From positions 3,616,001-3,680,000 of the forward strand of contig CBDFLE010000006.1 in the NCBI GenBank assembly GCA_965248925.1: a DNA stretch of 64,000 bases, given 5' to 3'. Of the stretch, positions 29,038-38,153 are shown in pieces. The position numbers and the translations under genes are program-made. The DNA is from Candidatus Multivoradales bacterium (GTDB lineage: Bacteria; Acidobacteriota; Thermoanaerobaculia; Multivoradales; J023). The notes under the pieces are model-generated. The model did no database searches. It was not told where the DNA came from and saw only the letters and a program-made list of their open reading frames with translations. Numbering within the stretch: the stretch's first letter is position 1; each line of letters begins with the position of its first letter.

Positions 29038-29500
29038 GCGATACTTCGCACGCGGATGGCGAGATTATCTCGTGTTTGGTTTGTTGGTGGTTGGCGCAAT
29101 TGGCTGCGACCCGTCGTTTAGGTACCATCCTGTTGGGTGGCAGGATGTCCTTGACAACGAGAGGATACTAATATGGGAAGGAGTTGAGTTCAGGGCTCTT
29201 GGTGCGGGTGGGTTGACGGGCTCAAGTTGGATCGACCCTGAGTTTATTGTCAGAAATTCAAGCAATCTTGAACTCAAATTTCGAGACGTGTCATTAGAGG
29301 GCGCTGGCGGAGAGTATCAGGGTGAAATCTTAGGGTCGCGAATTATTGGAGCTAAGGAAGATGGGAGAATAGTCTTTACATTTGATCTCGGCAAAGAAGC
29401 TACAGGAGTTCTTGGGCATACTTGTTTATTGGACATTAACTTGCTTCTCGGAGAAGAAGATCGAGTTTTGGTGATACGATATTCTCGTAGTGCATTCTGA
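29021..29500 (+). CDS. Lipoprotein, putative immunity protein for CT3
   Basis: GGAGGG RBS; ATG overlaps the toxin end; hydrophobic stretch with lipobox-like AIG-C; AT-rich like CT3. Confidence 0.7.
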   Translation: MYAFSRRYFARGWRDYLVFGLLVVGAIGCDPSFRYHPVGWQDVLDNERILIWEGVEFRALGAGGLTGSSWIDPEFIVRNSSNLELKFRDVSLEGAGGEYQGEILGSRIIGAKEDGRIVFTFDLGKEATGVLGHTCLLDINLLLGEEDRVLVIRYSRSAF

Positions 29501-29565
29501 CGAGAGTGCTTTTTCCTGGCTTGTCAGCGAAGAAGTGTTGAGTGCGGTGTCGAGAGGGGCAAGCC

Positions 29566-29826
29566 GATCAGGTGCCACCCTTCTCGTATCCCCTTGTTAT
29601 CAGTAGCTTAGCAGCCTGTGGTAAGAGTCTCGCAACGCTCCGAGCGGCCATTGTTCGCCAGCTCCGCGTTGCAAAACCTCGCAAGATTCCCAATATTCCT
29701 GCGATTTTGCGCCTTGATCTGACGAAAACTTGCTCGCTCTCGCAAGCGGCAGACTTCCACCACAGGTTGTTAGGCCAAGAAGTTAAAGAAGACCACCGAA
29801 GGCTGATCCGCGTCGACGAGAACAAA
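29566..29826 (+). repeat. Cassette leader, copy 2, interrupted by a MITE and followed by a ~20-bp Rhs stub
   Basis: Matches 26939-27029 on both sides of the insertion. Confidence 0.8.
29612..29769. mobile_element. 158-bp MITE with TTAG target duplication
   Basis: IRs CAGCCTGTGGTAAGAGTCT / rc CAACCTGTGGTGGAAGTCT (15/19). TTAG at 29608-29611 and 29770-29773; empty site at about 26981; IRs resemble those of the IS at 18928. Confidence 0.85.
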
Positions 29827-30357
29827 CGGGAGCAGTTCAGATGCCTCCCAAGAAGGCGAAGCCTTCCGCCACTACCTCTACCATCCCTTCCGGGAATCTT
29901 GCTTGGCCGAACTCTCACCCGCTCGCGCGGAGCTGGTGCGCCGCTTCGGCATCCTGATGTACACCGCGCTGGGCGCGTCTGCCTTCTCCGGGCACGATCG
30001 AGGAGGTACGCGGCGGACTGCTCGACATCGAGCACGCCTTGCGAGCGTTCGGTGAGTACACGGGCGATGGCGAGACTCCGCTGTGCCCGCCCCTCAGAAG
30101 CTGGTGCAAGCGCCTTTGGGTAATTGCCACCGAGATGCGAGAGGCTTTCGGCTTCTTGCCCGGCGAGCTGCCGGGCGCGGTTGCTGCTACGGAGACGGAT
30201 GCCAGGCCAATAGGGGTGGATCTAGAGGGAAGACTGCGTTCCGAAGGCGGCTGAATCCGTCACTATTGCGCGACTTGACTTGTCTATTTAGAGTTTGTAG
30301 GCTTTGTGCGTTTCGCTCTAGCCGACTTGCTGTTGGATGTTCTAGGAGGATTGAAGT

Positions 30358-30723
30358 ATGACTGTTCGGACTTTTCTGGCTCTTCTTCTCATAGTAGTTT
30401 TGGTTTGTTTGCAGGCAAGCCCGGCTCAGGCGGGCTGTTGGCGCTGTGACGAAAATGCCAAGTGCAAGCAGCAATATACCGGCAGTCAAGGAAAGACTCG
30501 TTGCGAGAGCAGGACTTTCTGCTTGGCGTTCTGCATCACAGAGTGCGCCCTGACAGGGAATGGCTGCACTGGTTCTGGCGGAGACCCCGACTGCGGCCCC
30601 GCGAAAGAGTGCCCCGACATCATATTTGCACCCGAAACTGTGCCCAATGGGAAGCCCTCGGTGGCTTTCGGTACTCAACCGCCAGCTGCCGTGCCCAAGA
30701 AACCCCCTGAAGAGGACAGCTGA
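30358..30723 (+). CDS. Small secreted cysteine-rich protein
   Basis: AGGAGG RBS; signal peptide ending PAQA; 10 Cys in the mature part. Confidence 0.8.
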   Translation: MTVRTFLALLLIVVLVCLQASPAQAGCWRCDENAKCKQQYTGSQGKTRCESRTFCLAFCITECALTGNGCTGSGGDPDCGPAKECPDIIFAPETVPNGKPSVAFGTQPPAAVPKKPPEEDS

Positions 30724-30725
30724 GG

Positions 30726-32711
30726 ATGGCGGCGCTGAAGGCGCTGCTCCTTCTTTTGGCTGTTTCGGCGCTGCCAGCCGAGAGGGTGGTGACAGCACAG
30801 CTGAGCCCTCCTCCGGAGGCCGGTACCGCGGTCGTGGTGCAAGGATGGGCCAGGCCTGGCGAGGGTCCGCCACAGTCTTTCGAGGTTTCCGCGACCACCG
30901 GGGAAGGTGGTTTGCTCGAACTCACCATCCCCTTGTCGCGGGCGGTCGATCTTCGCTTGGCAGTGGCTGGTCGAGCGCCGGTTTACTTTTGGAATTTGCA
31001 GGCGGATGCCGAGCAAATCGGCGAGATCCGGCTGGCTGCTGGGGGTTCGATCTCGGGTTATATCCGCGATGGCGTGACCGAAGATGCCGCGGTTAGCGCC
31101 GTGGTGCGCTTGGCGGGGTCGGGGGCTGGCTTGACCCCTGAGGAGCGCCGCAGGCAGGCGAATTTGGCCATCAGCACGCACGCAGATTCGCGGGGCTGGT
31201 TTCAGCTCAGTGGAGTACCTGCTGGGCGCTGGTGGCTCGAAGTGAGGGCTGAGGGCCGGGCGAGCACCCGCGAGGCAGTCGAAGTCACCGCTGATGCTGA
31301 GACCATCGTCGACCTCGTCGTGATGGGGCGGCTGGCGTTGACCGTGGCGGTAGACCCATTGCCACCAGCGGCGGGAGTCTGGTTTCTATTCTTGAGACGA
31401 ACTGACGATAGCGGCAGCAGCCTCTCGGTGCCGTTCGACGGTCAAGGGCTGGGTTTCGTCTCCGAGCTTGATCCGGGCCTCTACGAAGTCGGAATCCAAG
31501 TGGAAGAGGCTGGCCGAGTAGCGAATATTTGGCGCGAAGAGATAGAGCTGGCGGCAGACACTTTTCTACCTGTCGAGCTGGAAGTCGTGGAGTTGCGTGG
31601 GCGAGTACGGCTCGGCTCGCAGCCGCTTTCCGGGGCTGCCATCGAGCTTCGTACCGGTGCCGGCGACAGCTGGCGTTTTACCACCGATGCCAACGGTGAG
31701 CTATCCGGCTTGGCTCGGGTGCCGCGGCGCCAGGCGCTCTTCGCCAGCATCCGCTCAGCCGAGCCGAAGATCGAGACCGATCTGAGGATTCGGGACTATG
31801 AGCTGACCGATCAAGCGCTTGAAATCGAAATCAAGCTCTCACCTGCTGAGATCTCTGGCGTTGTGCTGATGCCGGAGGGTCGACCGGCTGCTGGAGCCAC
31901 CGTGCAGCTGGAAGCGCAGGAGCTGAGTGCGGTAGAAGGTGCCGCTACCAAAGTCGATGACAAGGGGCGTTTTGAGCTGCGGGGGCTTCCCCAAGGCCGA
32001 TACCTGTTGCATGCCAGCGGTGCTGGCGGTCTGGGTTCGGCGGCAGTCACGGTCGAGCTGGGTGAGGTGTCGCCAGCACCTGTTGAATTGCAGTTGGTGC
32101 GCAGCGGTTGGGTTTCGGGTCGGGTGGTGGCCGTGGGTGCCGAGCAGGTCGGTCTGTCGGGGGTCAAGATCGAGGTTTCCGTGACCTCGCCGGCATTTAC
32201 CCACTGGAGCGCCACCTCTGACTTGGATGGCTATTTCCGGTTGTTTCTTCCCGTCGGAGCAGATCGGGCGGCGGTGCAAGTTTATGCGCCATCCGTCGGA
32301 CTGTGGGCCGCTTGCCGCGGTCTGCCATCCGCTGGCGAACAATGGCTTTGGGCGCTACCCGCGGCGGGGGAGCTAGTGTTCGATATCAAGGCTGACGAGT
32401 CGTTACCGCCGGTCTCAGCCGGACAGCTCTTTGTGGCGACCAGTGGTGGCGGCCTGTTGCGGATGACAGATTTTTTTCGCTGGCAAGCGATGCGCGGCGA
32501 GCCGAGAGATGCCGAGAAATTTGCTGGGGTTGCCGCGGATTCCTACGCCCTGGACTATCACCTGGGCTCGCGGTGGACGCTGGTCGACCAGCTCTGCACC
32601 CAGGGCTACGGGACACCCGCGAAAGGGTGGGAGATCTTGGCAGCTGGTGGCAGTGTTGAGCTGGCATTGGATCTACGCCCGGCACAGAAAGCCGAGGCTT
32701 CTCTGCCCTGA
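30726..32711 (+). CDS. Secreted protein with repeated carboxypeptidase-regulatory-like (beta-sandwich) domains
   Basis: Signal peptide; repeats such as ISGVVLMPEGRPAAGATV..DDKGRFELRGLPQGRY. Confidence 0.8.
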   Translation: MAALKALLLLLAVSALPAERVVTAQLSPPPEAGTAVVVQGWARPGEGPPQSFEVSATTGEGGLLELTIPLSRAVDLRLAVAGRAPVYFWNLQADAEQIGEIRLAAGGSISGYIRDGVTEDAAVSAVVRLAGSGAGLTPEERRRQANLAISTHADSRGWFQLSGVPAGRWWLEVRAEGRASTREAVEVTADAETIVDLVVMGRLALTVAVDPLPPAAGVWFLFLRRTDDSGSSLSVPFDGQGLGFVSELDPGLYEVGIQVEEAGRVANIWREEIELAADTFLPVELEVVELRGRVRLGSQPLSGAAIELRTGAGDSWRFTTDANGELSGLARVPRRQALFASIRSAEPKIETDLRIRDYELTDQALEIEIKLSPAEISGVVLMPEGRPAAGATVQLEAQELSAVEGAATKVDDKGRFELRGLPQGRYLLHASGAGGLGSAAVTVELGEVSPAPVELQLVRSGWVSGRVVAVGAEQVGLSGVKIEVSVTSPAFTHWSATSDLDGYFRLFLPVGADRAAVQVYAPSVGLWAACRGLPSAGEQWLWALPAAGELVFDIKADESLPPVSAGQLFVATSGGGLLRMTDFFRWQAMRGEPRDAEKFAGVAADSYALDYHLGSRWTLVDQLCTQGYGTPAKGWEILAAGGSVELALDLRPAQKAEASLP

Positions 32712-32966
32712 GGGGGACAAGCAGGAACGCTGACTCAGCCGGCCGCTGTCGGCTGATCGGCGTCCTCTCAGTGGGTCGCTCGGGTCCGTTGCTGATCACG
32801 TCGCGCCTTTGTTTCCTCATCATCAGCTCTCTATTGCCGGTCTGGCTGTTGCCGGTCGGGGTTGGCACCTGCCTTGCTCTCTCTGTCTGGTGGGAAGGGC
32901 TGGGGAGGAACGCGACACCAAGCTTGCCGCCACCTGTTGAATGACTGACCGAGAGGAGGCTCAACC

Positions 32967-35051
32967 ATGTGCCCACTCCATGATCTATACCGCTCTCATC
33001 TGCACATTCCTCTATTGCTGCTCGGTTCGGTGCTGGTCACGGGCACGGCGCTGGCGGCTACCACCGCCGAACTGGAGCCCAGCTACCAGCGCCAGGGTGA
33101 GGCATCTCGCCGGCCGGCGGTGCGCTCGCCGAACAGCAGGCTGCCCGAGGAGCTGCGGGCTGAGCTGGGAGATCTCGCGCCGCGACAGCGCGGCTACGCT
33201 GAGCGCCGGGCAAGTACGGAGTCGAAGTCGCACGAAGATCCGATCTATCGCGCCGCTAGCCTTGCCGCGCGGCAGACCGCCAGCCGTTGGGCCGAGCCTG
33301 CGGGTCGGCGCCAGCTCTACCGGCTGGGTTTCACGCGGGGCTCTCGGCGGGCTCTCGACGATCCCCACTTGGCGGAGTGGGATTTTCGCCAAGGGCGTTT
33401 CCGTGGCGAGGATGATCCGCAAGCTCACTCGGCAGGGGGCCAGGTGGGTCATGAGGCAGCTGTGAATCATGCCGAGTCGAATGCCTTGGAGCGCGTCGCC
33501 GAGCAGTTTCACGATCTAAGGGTCGAACCGCGGCGGGAAGCAACGCCGGCGTTGCGGCCCGATTGGCAGCCACCGGAGATTGTCGCGCCACGCATTGAGG
33601 AGGCTTTCCATGAGGTGCCTCTGCGGCATTTTTGGCAGGGTGGAGATAGCCGCCAGCCAAGCCCCCGGCAGCTGCTGCGTCACACCGGGTGGCGGAGCCA
33701 CTACTCGGGCGACTGGTGCGATCCGGCACGGGGCTGGAGCCATTGGCGGCGACATGGTGAGCGGTCTGTGCTGTGGGAGCAATTGGACGAGGCCGACCGC
33801 GAGCACTTTGCCGTACTGTTTCGCCAGACCTTCGCGGCTGAGATCAGTCGGCGGGCGGCTGAATTCTCAGACACCGTTTTTGATCATGGCTTTGACGATG
33901 GCTGGCGCTGGGGAGCCGAGGTCAGCTTTGAGTGGGCTTACCGGCGTGGCTATCACCAAGGATTCGCCGCCACCCACCAACGAGCGGCCGAAGTTGCCTA
34001 CCTCGATTCCTACTCCACGGCCTGGCGGGGGGCCTACCTGGATGAATTCGAGCGCTGGTCGTCGACGGCGCAGCTGGAGATCGTCACAGTGGAACTTACG
34101 GATGGCAGTGACGATGGTGTGTTCGAGCCTGGCGAGGAAGTTCTGGCGAATTGGCGGCTGGTCAATTTCGGCGGTGCAGACACCGAGATCTCTGTGTCTC
34201 TAGACGGCCTCGTGTTACTTACTGGCGATCTCCACCGGGTGCGCTTGCCGCGCCGCCGCGCGCTGCGGGGCTCGCGTCCTCTAGCGGTGGTTATCGAGCC
34301 TGCCACCCGGCCGCGCAGCACCGTCCGTCTGAGCTTTCGTGCTGGAGCGTTGCAGCGAGATCTGGAGTTGGCGGTCGCCTACCCGCTGCAGCTGGAACGC
34401 TCGGTGGTCCTGGGCGCGCACGACAGCCTGGCTGGCTGGGCCGAGTTGCAGGTCGAGGTGGTCAACATCAGTCGTCGCGCGGTGCCGGCCAACTTTGAGC
34501 TGTTGGGTCCCGCGGGAGAATTAGTGTCGGCCGACCCGACGCCGGATCTGATGGCGTCGGGCGAGAGGCGCCGGCTGACCTTCCATCTTGGTGGAGTCGA
34601 GCCACTCGCTTTCTTGGCCGGTGAGTTGCAGGTGTCGCTGGTGGCGCGATCCGCGGCTTTCGTGCACGATCGGATGAATTACCGCTTTCCGGAACTGGCC
34701 GCGGATCTCGACAATCGCGACTTGTTGCGTTTCATGGTCCAACTGGCGCGCCGGCCAATAGCGAGTAACAGCGAGATCGAGCGGGCGCAGGGGTTGATGG
34801 TGCGCCGGCTGCAGCTGGATTGGACCGCCGCGGTTGCCGCCAAGGGGAATCCCTATCGTGACGACTACCGCGCCGGTTCGCGGCGCACCGCGTTGGGGGA
34901 TCTAGTGGTCACCGCTGCCGCGATCGGGGGCGACCGGCACCAGGTGTTCGTCGACCTGGCTCCGCGTCTCGATCGCATGGCTGGCGAGTTGCCGGGTAGC
35001 CATCCCTTCCTTCGCCGCTGGGCGCGCAAGCTGGTTCGCCGGCTGAGTTGA
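32967..35051 (+). CDS. Hypothetical secreted protein (helical region + Ig-like C-terminus)
   Basis: 694-aa ORF with N-terminal hydrophobic stretch, G(Y/F)xxG(F/W) repeats and DGSDDGVFEPGEEV. Confidence 0.6.
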   Translation: MCPLHDLYRSHLHIPLLLLGSVLVTGTALAATTAELEPSYQRQGEASRRPAVRSPNSRLPEELRAELGDLAPRQRGYAERRASTESKSHEDPIYRAASLAARQTASRWAEPAGRRQLYRLGFTRGSRRALDDPHLAEWDFRQGRFRGEDDPQAHSAGGQVGHEAAVNHAESNALERVAEQFHDLRVEPRREATPALRPDWQPPEIVAPRIEEAFHEVPLRHFWQGGDSRQPSPRQLLRHTGWRSHYSGDWCDPARGWSHWRRHGERSVLWEQLDEADREHFAVLFRQTFAAEISRRAAEFSDTVFDHGFDDGWRWGAEVSFEWAYRRGYHQGFAATHQRAAEVAYLDSYSTAWRGAYLDEFERWSSTAQLEIVTVELTDGSDDGVFEPGEEVLANWRLVNFGGADTEISVSLDGLVLLTGDLHRVRLPRRRALRGSRPLAVVIEPATRPRSTVRLSFRAGALQRDLELAVAYPLQLERSVVLGAHDSLAGWAELQVEVVNISRRAVPANFELLGPAGELVSADPTPDLMASGERRRLTFHLGGVEPLAFLAGELQVSLVARSAAFVHDRMNYRFPELAADLDNRDLLRFMVQLARRPIASNSEIERAQGLMVRRLQLDWTAAVAAKGNPYRDDYRAGSRRTALGDLVVTAAAIGGDRHQVFVDLAPRLDRMAGELPGSHPFLRRWARKLVRRLS

Positions 35052-35382
35052 CCAGCCGCTCGGCACCTGACGGTTGCGGCGGGCGAGAAGGCGTAGCCGT
35101 TGGGCGGGTCGATCCCACACTCCTTGGATGCGCTGGAGACGGCTACTTGGATGATCCCCTGCAGACGGGTCTTGAGATGCCCTCATGGGTTGAGGTAAAC
35201 TTAACGAAGCCTGCCAATTCAGCGGACCTCTTGAGATCCAGCCACCTATTTAGGGCCTTAGCTACAGAACATCAGCGGTATCGAGTGTCGGAAGAACCCG
35301 CGCCTTGGCAGCGTAAGAAGGCTCCCGCAATCGCTGATCCCCGAATCAACTCGCCGTCGACCCAGGCATCCGGAGTAAGTCA

Positions 35383-37152
35383 ATGCCCGAGCAGCTCGAA
35401 GAAACCCGCACGGACGAAGCGTCCGAGACCCTAGAAGCCTCGCCAGCCGAGGACAGCAAAACGCCAGAGCCCTCCGCTGACGAGGCCGTGGCGACCACTG
35501 CTGAAGAGCTGACCGAGGCCGCGGATGGGGCGACGGAAAAGGCGGTGAAGACCGCAGAAGCCGCCGTCGAGGTCGCTACCGAACCAGCGAGCGAAGCCGG
35601 GCCCGCGGTGAAGGAAGTCGAGGCAGCTGCAGAAGCCGCCGTCGACGGGGCCAAAGCCAAAGCCAAGGCAGTCGCGGAAGAGCCGGCAGCGGCCGAAGAA
35701 CCTGCGGCTGACGAGGTCGAGGTGGCCGCTCAAGAGCCCGCCGAGGCGGAGCAGGCTGCTGCTGAGAAGGCTGCCGAGATCGAGGTGACGGCCGCGGTGG
35801 CGAAGACCGCTGCCAAGCCCAAGCCCAAGGCCAAGAAAGCCGCGAAGGCCAAGAAGGCCAAGAAGGCCAAGACGCCTGCCGAGGCGCTAGCGGCCGAGGT
35901 GAAGACCGCCGCCGCTGGCGAGAGCGACCAGCCGGCCACCAAGGCTGCCGCTGAGTCGAGCGGTAGTACGAAAGAAAAGGCAGCTCCTTCCGAGCGCACT
36001 CTGCGGCAACAGGAGACCATGGTTGAGCTGGCCAAGGCGATGGAGGCGAAGACTGTTGTCGAAGGCCGAGTAATCGGCTGGAACAAGGGCGGCTACCACG
36101 TCGCGGTGGGTGAGATTGCCGCCTTCTGCCCGGTATCGCAGATCGAGATTGGCAACCCCCGCAGCCCCAAACGCTATGTGGAGAAAGAATTCTCCTTCCA
36201 CATCATCGAGATCGAGAAGGGCGGTAAGCGGGTGGTCTTGTCCCGGGGCGACGCACTCAAGGCGGCGCGTAAGCATCGCGCTTCGCAGGTGCGCTCCAAA
36301 CTTGCCCAGGGCGCGGTGCTCGAAGGCCGGGTGAGTTCGATCACCGACTTCGGTGCTTTCGTCAGTCTGGGTGGGGGCATCGAAGGTCTGATCCACGTTT
36401 CCGAGATCAGCCGTCGCCGGGTGGAGCATGCCAAGGAGTTGCTCAAGTCCGGCCAGCAAGTCCAGGTGCAAGTGATCAAGATCGAGAACAAAGGCAAGCG
36501 CATTGGCCTGTCGATGAAGCGGCTGGAGAAGGATCCTTGGAAAGGGGCCGACGAGCGCCACAAGCCGGGTGAGAGTTTCAAGGGCACGATCTTGCGCAAG
36601 GCCGAATTTGGCCTGTTTGTCGAGGTCGAGCCGGGTCTCGAAGGCTTGGTGCACAGCTCCCGCTTGGCTCTTGGGCTGACCTTGTCCAGTGACGAACTTG
36701 AGGTCGGCAAGGAGATCGAAGGTTGGGTGCAGGAGTGCAGCCCCAAGCGGCGGCGGCTGGCGCTGTCAATGCGCGAAGTGGCTAAGAACGACCCTTGGAT
36801 CGGTGTCGCCGATCGTTACGAGGTGGGCTCGGTGGTCAAGGGTACGGTCGAGCGTTTGGCCAGCTTCGGCGCTTTTGTCGAGATTGAGCCTGGACTGACC
36901 GGCCTGCTGCCTTTCTCTGAGGTTTCTCTGTCGCCGGGCTCGAACCCCAAGCGTCAATTCCACGCTGGCAAAGTGGTCACCGTGCAGGTGTTGACGGTGG
37001 AGCCGGGACGGCGGCGGATGTCACTCGGTACCGAGACCTCCAAAGCCGAAGGCACGCCGGCCGATTTCAAAGACTTCAAGAAGCAAGAGCAGGTTGATAC
37101 GGGCAGTGGTCTCAGCGCCATGGCCGCGGCTTTCGCCAAACTCAAAGGTTAG
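35383..37152 (+). CDS. S1 RNA-binding domain protein (bS1-like, four S1 domains) with long A/E/K-rich N-terminus
   Basis: LEGRVSSITDFGAFVSLGGGIEGLIHVSEIS and three similar repeats; ends MAAAFAKLKG. Confidence 0.9.
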   Translation: MPEQLEETRTDEASETLEASPAEDSKTPEPSADEAVATTAEELTEAADGATEKAVKTAEAAVEVATEPASEAGPAVKEVEAAAEAAVDGAKAKAKAVAEEPAAAEEPAADEVEVAAQEPAEAEQAAAEKAAEIEVTAAVAKTAAKPKPKAKKAAKAKKAKKAKTPAEALAAEVKTAAAGESDQPATKAAAESSGSTKEKAAPSERTLRQQETMVELAKAMEAKTVVEGRVIGWNKGGYHVAVGEIAAFCPVSQIEIGNPRSPKRYVEKEFSFHIIEIEKGGKRVVLSRGDALKAARKHRASQVRSKLAQGAVLEGRVSSITDFGAFVSLGGGIEGLIHVSEISRRRVEHAKELLKSGQQVQVQVIKIENKGKRIGLSMKRLEKDPWKGADERHKPGESFKGTILRKAEFGLFVEVEPGLEGLVHSSRLALGLTLSSDELEVGKEIEGWVQECSPKRRRLALSMREVAKNDPWIGVADRYEVGSVVKGTVERLASFGAFVEIEPGLTGLLPFSEVSLSPGSNPKRQFHAGKVVTVQVLTVEPGRRRMSLGTETSKAEGTPADFKDFKKQEQVDTGSGLSAMAAAFAKLKG

Positions 37153-37249
37153 AAGCCGCCTGCCGCTGAGCGGCGCACGCTCAAGACTAGGCGTGTCGCC
37201 TCGGCCACCGTTTTTTGTCTGCGGGTGGGTGCCCGGAGGTATGTAGTAG

Positions 37250-38113
37250 ATGTCTGAGGAAATCCGAACGATTGGCGTCATCGGCGCAGGCACTATGGGC
37301 CATGGAATCGCTCAGGTGGCGGCGGCGGCTGGCTTTGAAGTCTGCATGGTCGATATTGCCGAAGCCGCCCTGGAGCGGGGCCTGGCGAAGATCGGCAAGG
37401 GCTTCGATCGCTTGCTGGCGAAGGATAAGATCACTGCCGAAGAGCGCGCTGCCGCTTTGGCTCGCTTGACCACTTCTTCCGAGTTGTCGAGCTTGTCGAG
37501 TGCCGATCTGGTGATCGAAGCAGCGGTCGAGAAGCTCGATATCAAGCGGCGGATTCTTGCTGATATCGATAGCGTGCTCGACCGTGGCGCGATTCTTGCC
37601 ACCAACACCAGCTCGATCTCGATCACTCAGCTGGCGGCCGCCACCGGCCGACCCGAGAAGATGATCGGCATGCACTTCATGAATCCGGTACCAGTGATGA
37701 AACTGGTCGAGGTCATCCGCGGCTTGGCCACCGATCAGCAGACCTACGACCGGATTGAGGCCGCCGCGAAAGCGATGGGCAAGACGCCGGTCGAAGTTCA
37801 CGACTCGCCGGGTTTCGTCTCCAACCGAGTGTTGCTGCCGATGATCAACGAGGCGGTTTTCTGTCTCTGGGAAGGGGTCGGCAAGCCAGAGGCTATCGAT
37901 CAGGTGCTGAAGCTGGGCATGAATCACCCGATGGGGCCGCTGGCACTGGCCGATTTGATCGGTTTGGATGTCTGCCTTGATATTCTGCGCGTGCTGCAAG
38001 AGGGCTTTGGCGATCCGAAGTATCGCCCGTGTCCACTGCTGGTGAAGATGGTTGACGCTGGTCGCCTGGGGCGCAAATCCGGTCACGGGTTCTACGACTA
38101 CTCCCAGGCCTGA
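37250..38113 (+). CDS. hbd: 3-hydroxybutyryl-CoA dehydrogenase
   Basis: [39 protein letters not shown] and [11 protein letters not shown]. Confidence 0.93.
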   Translation: MSEEIRTIGVIGAGTMGHGIAQVAAAAGFEVCMVDIAEAALERGLAKIGKGFDRLLAKDKITAEERAAALARLTTSSELSSLSSADLVIEAAVEKLDIKRRILADIDSVLDRGAILATNTSSISITQLAAATGRPEKMIGMHFMNPVPVMKLVEVIRGLATDQQTYDRIEAAAKAMGKTPVEVHDSPGFVSNRVLLPMINEAVFCLWEGVGKPEAIDQVLKLGMNHPMGPLALADLIGLDVCLDILRVLQEGFGDPKYRPCPLLVKMVDAGRLGRKSGHGFYDYSQA

Positions 38114-38153
38114 GAGCAGGGAGAGTCCCTGCATTTAGTTCTTCGAGACAACT

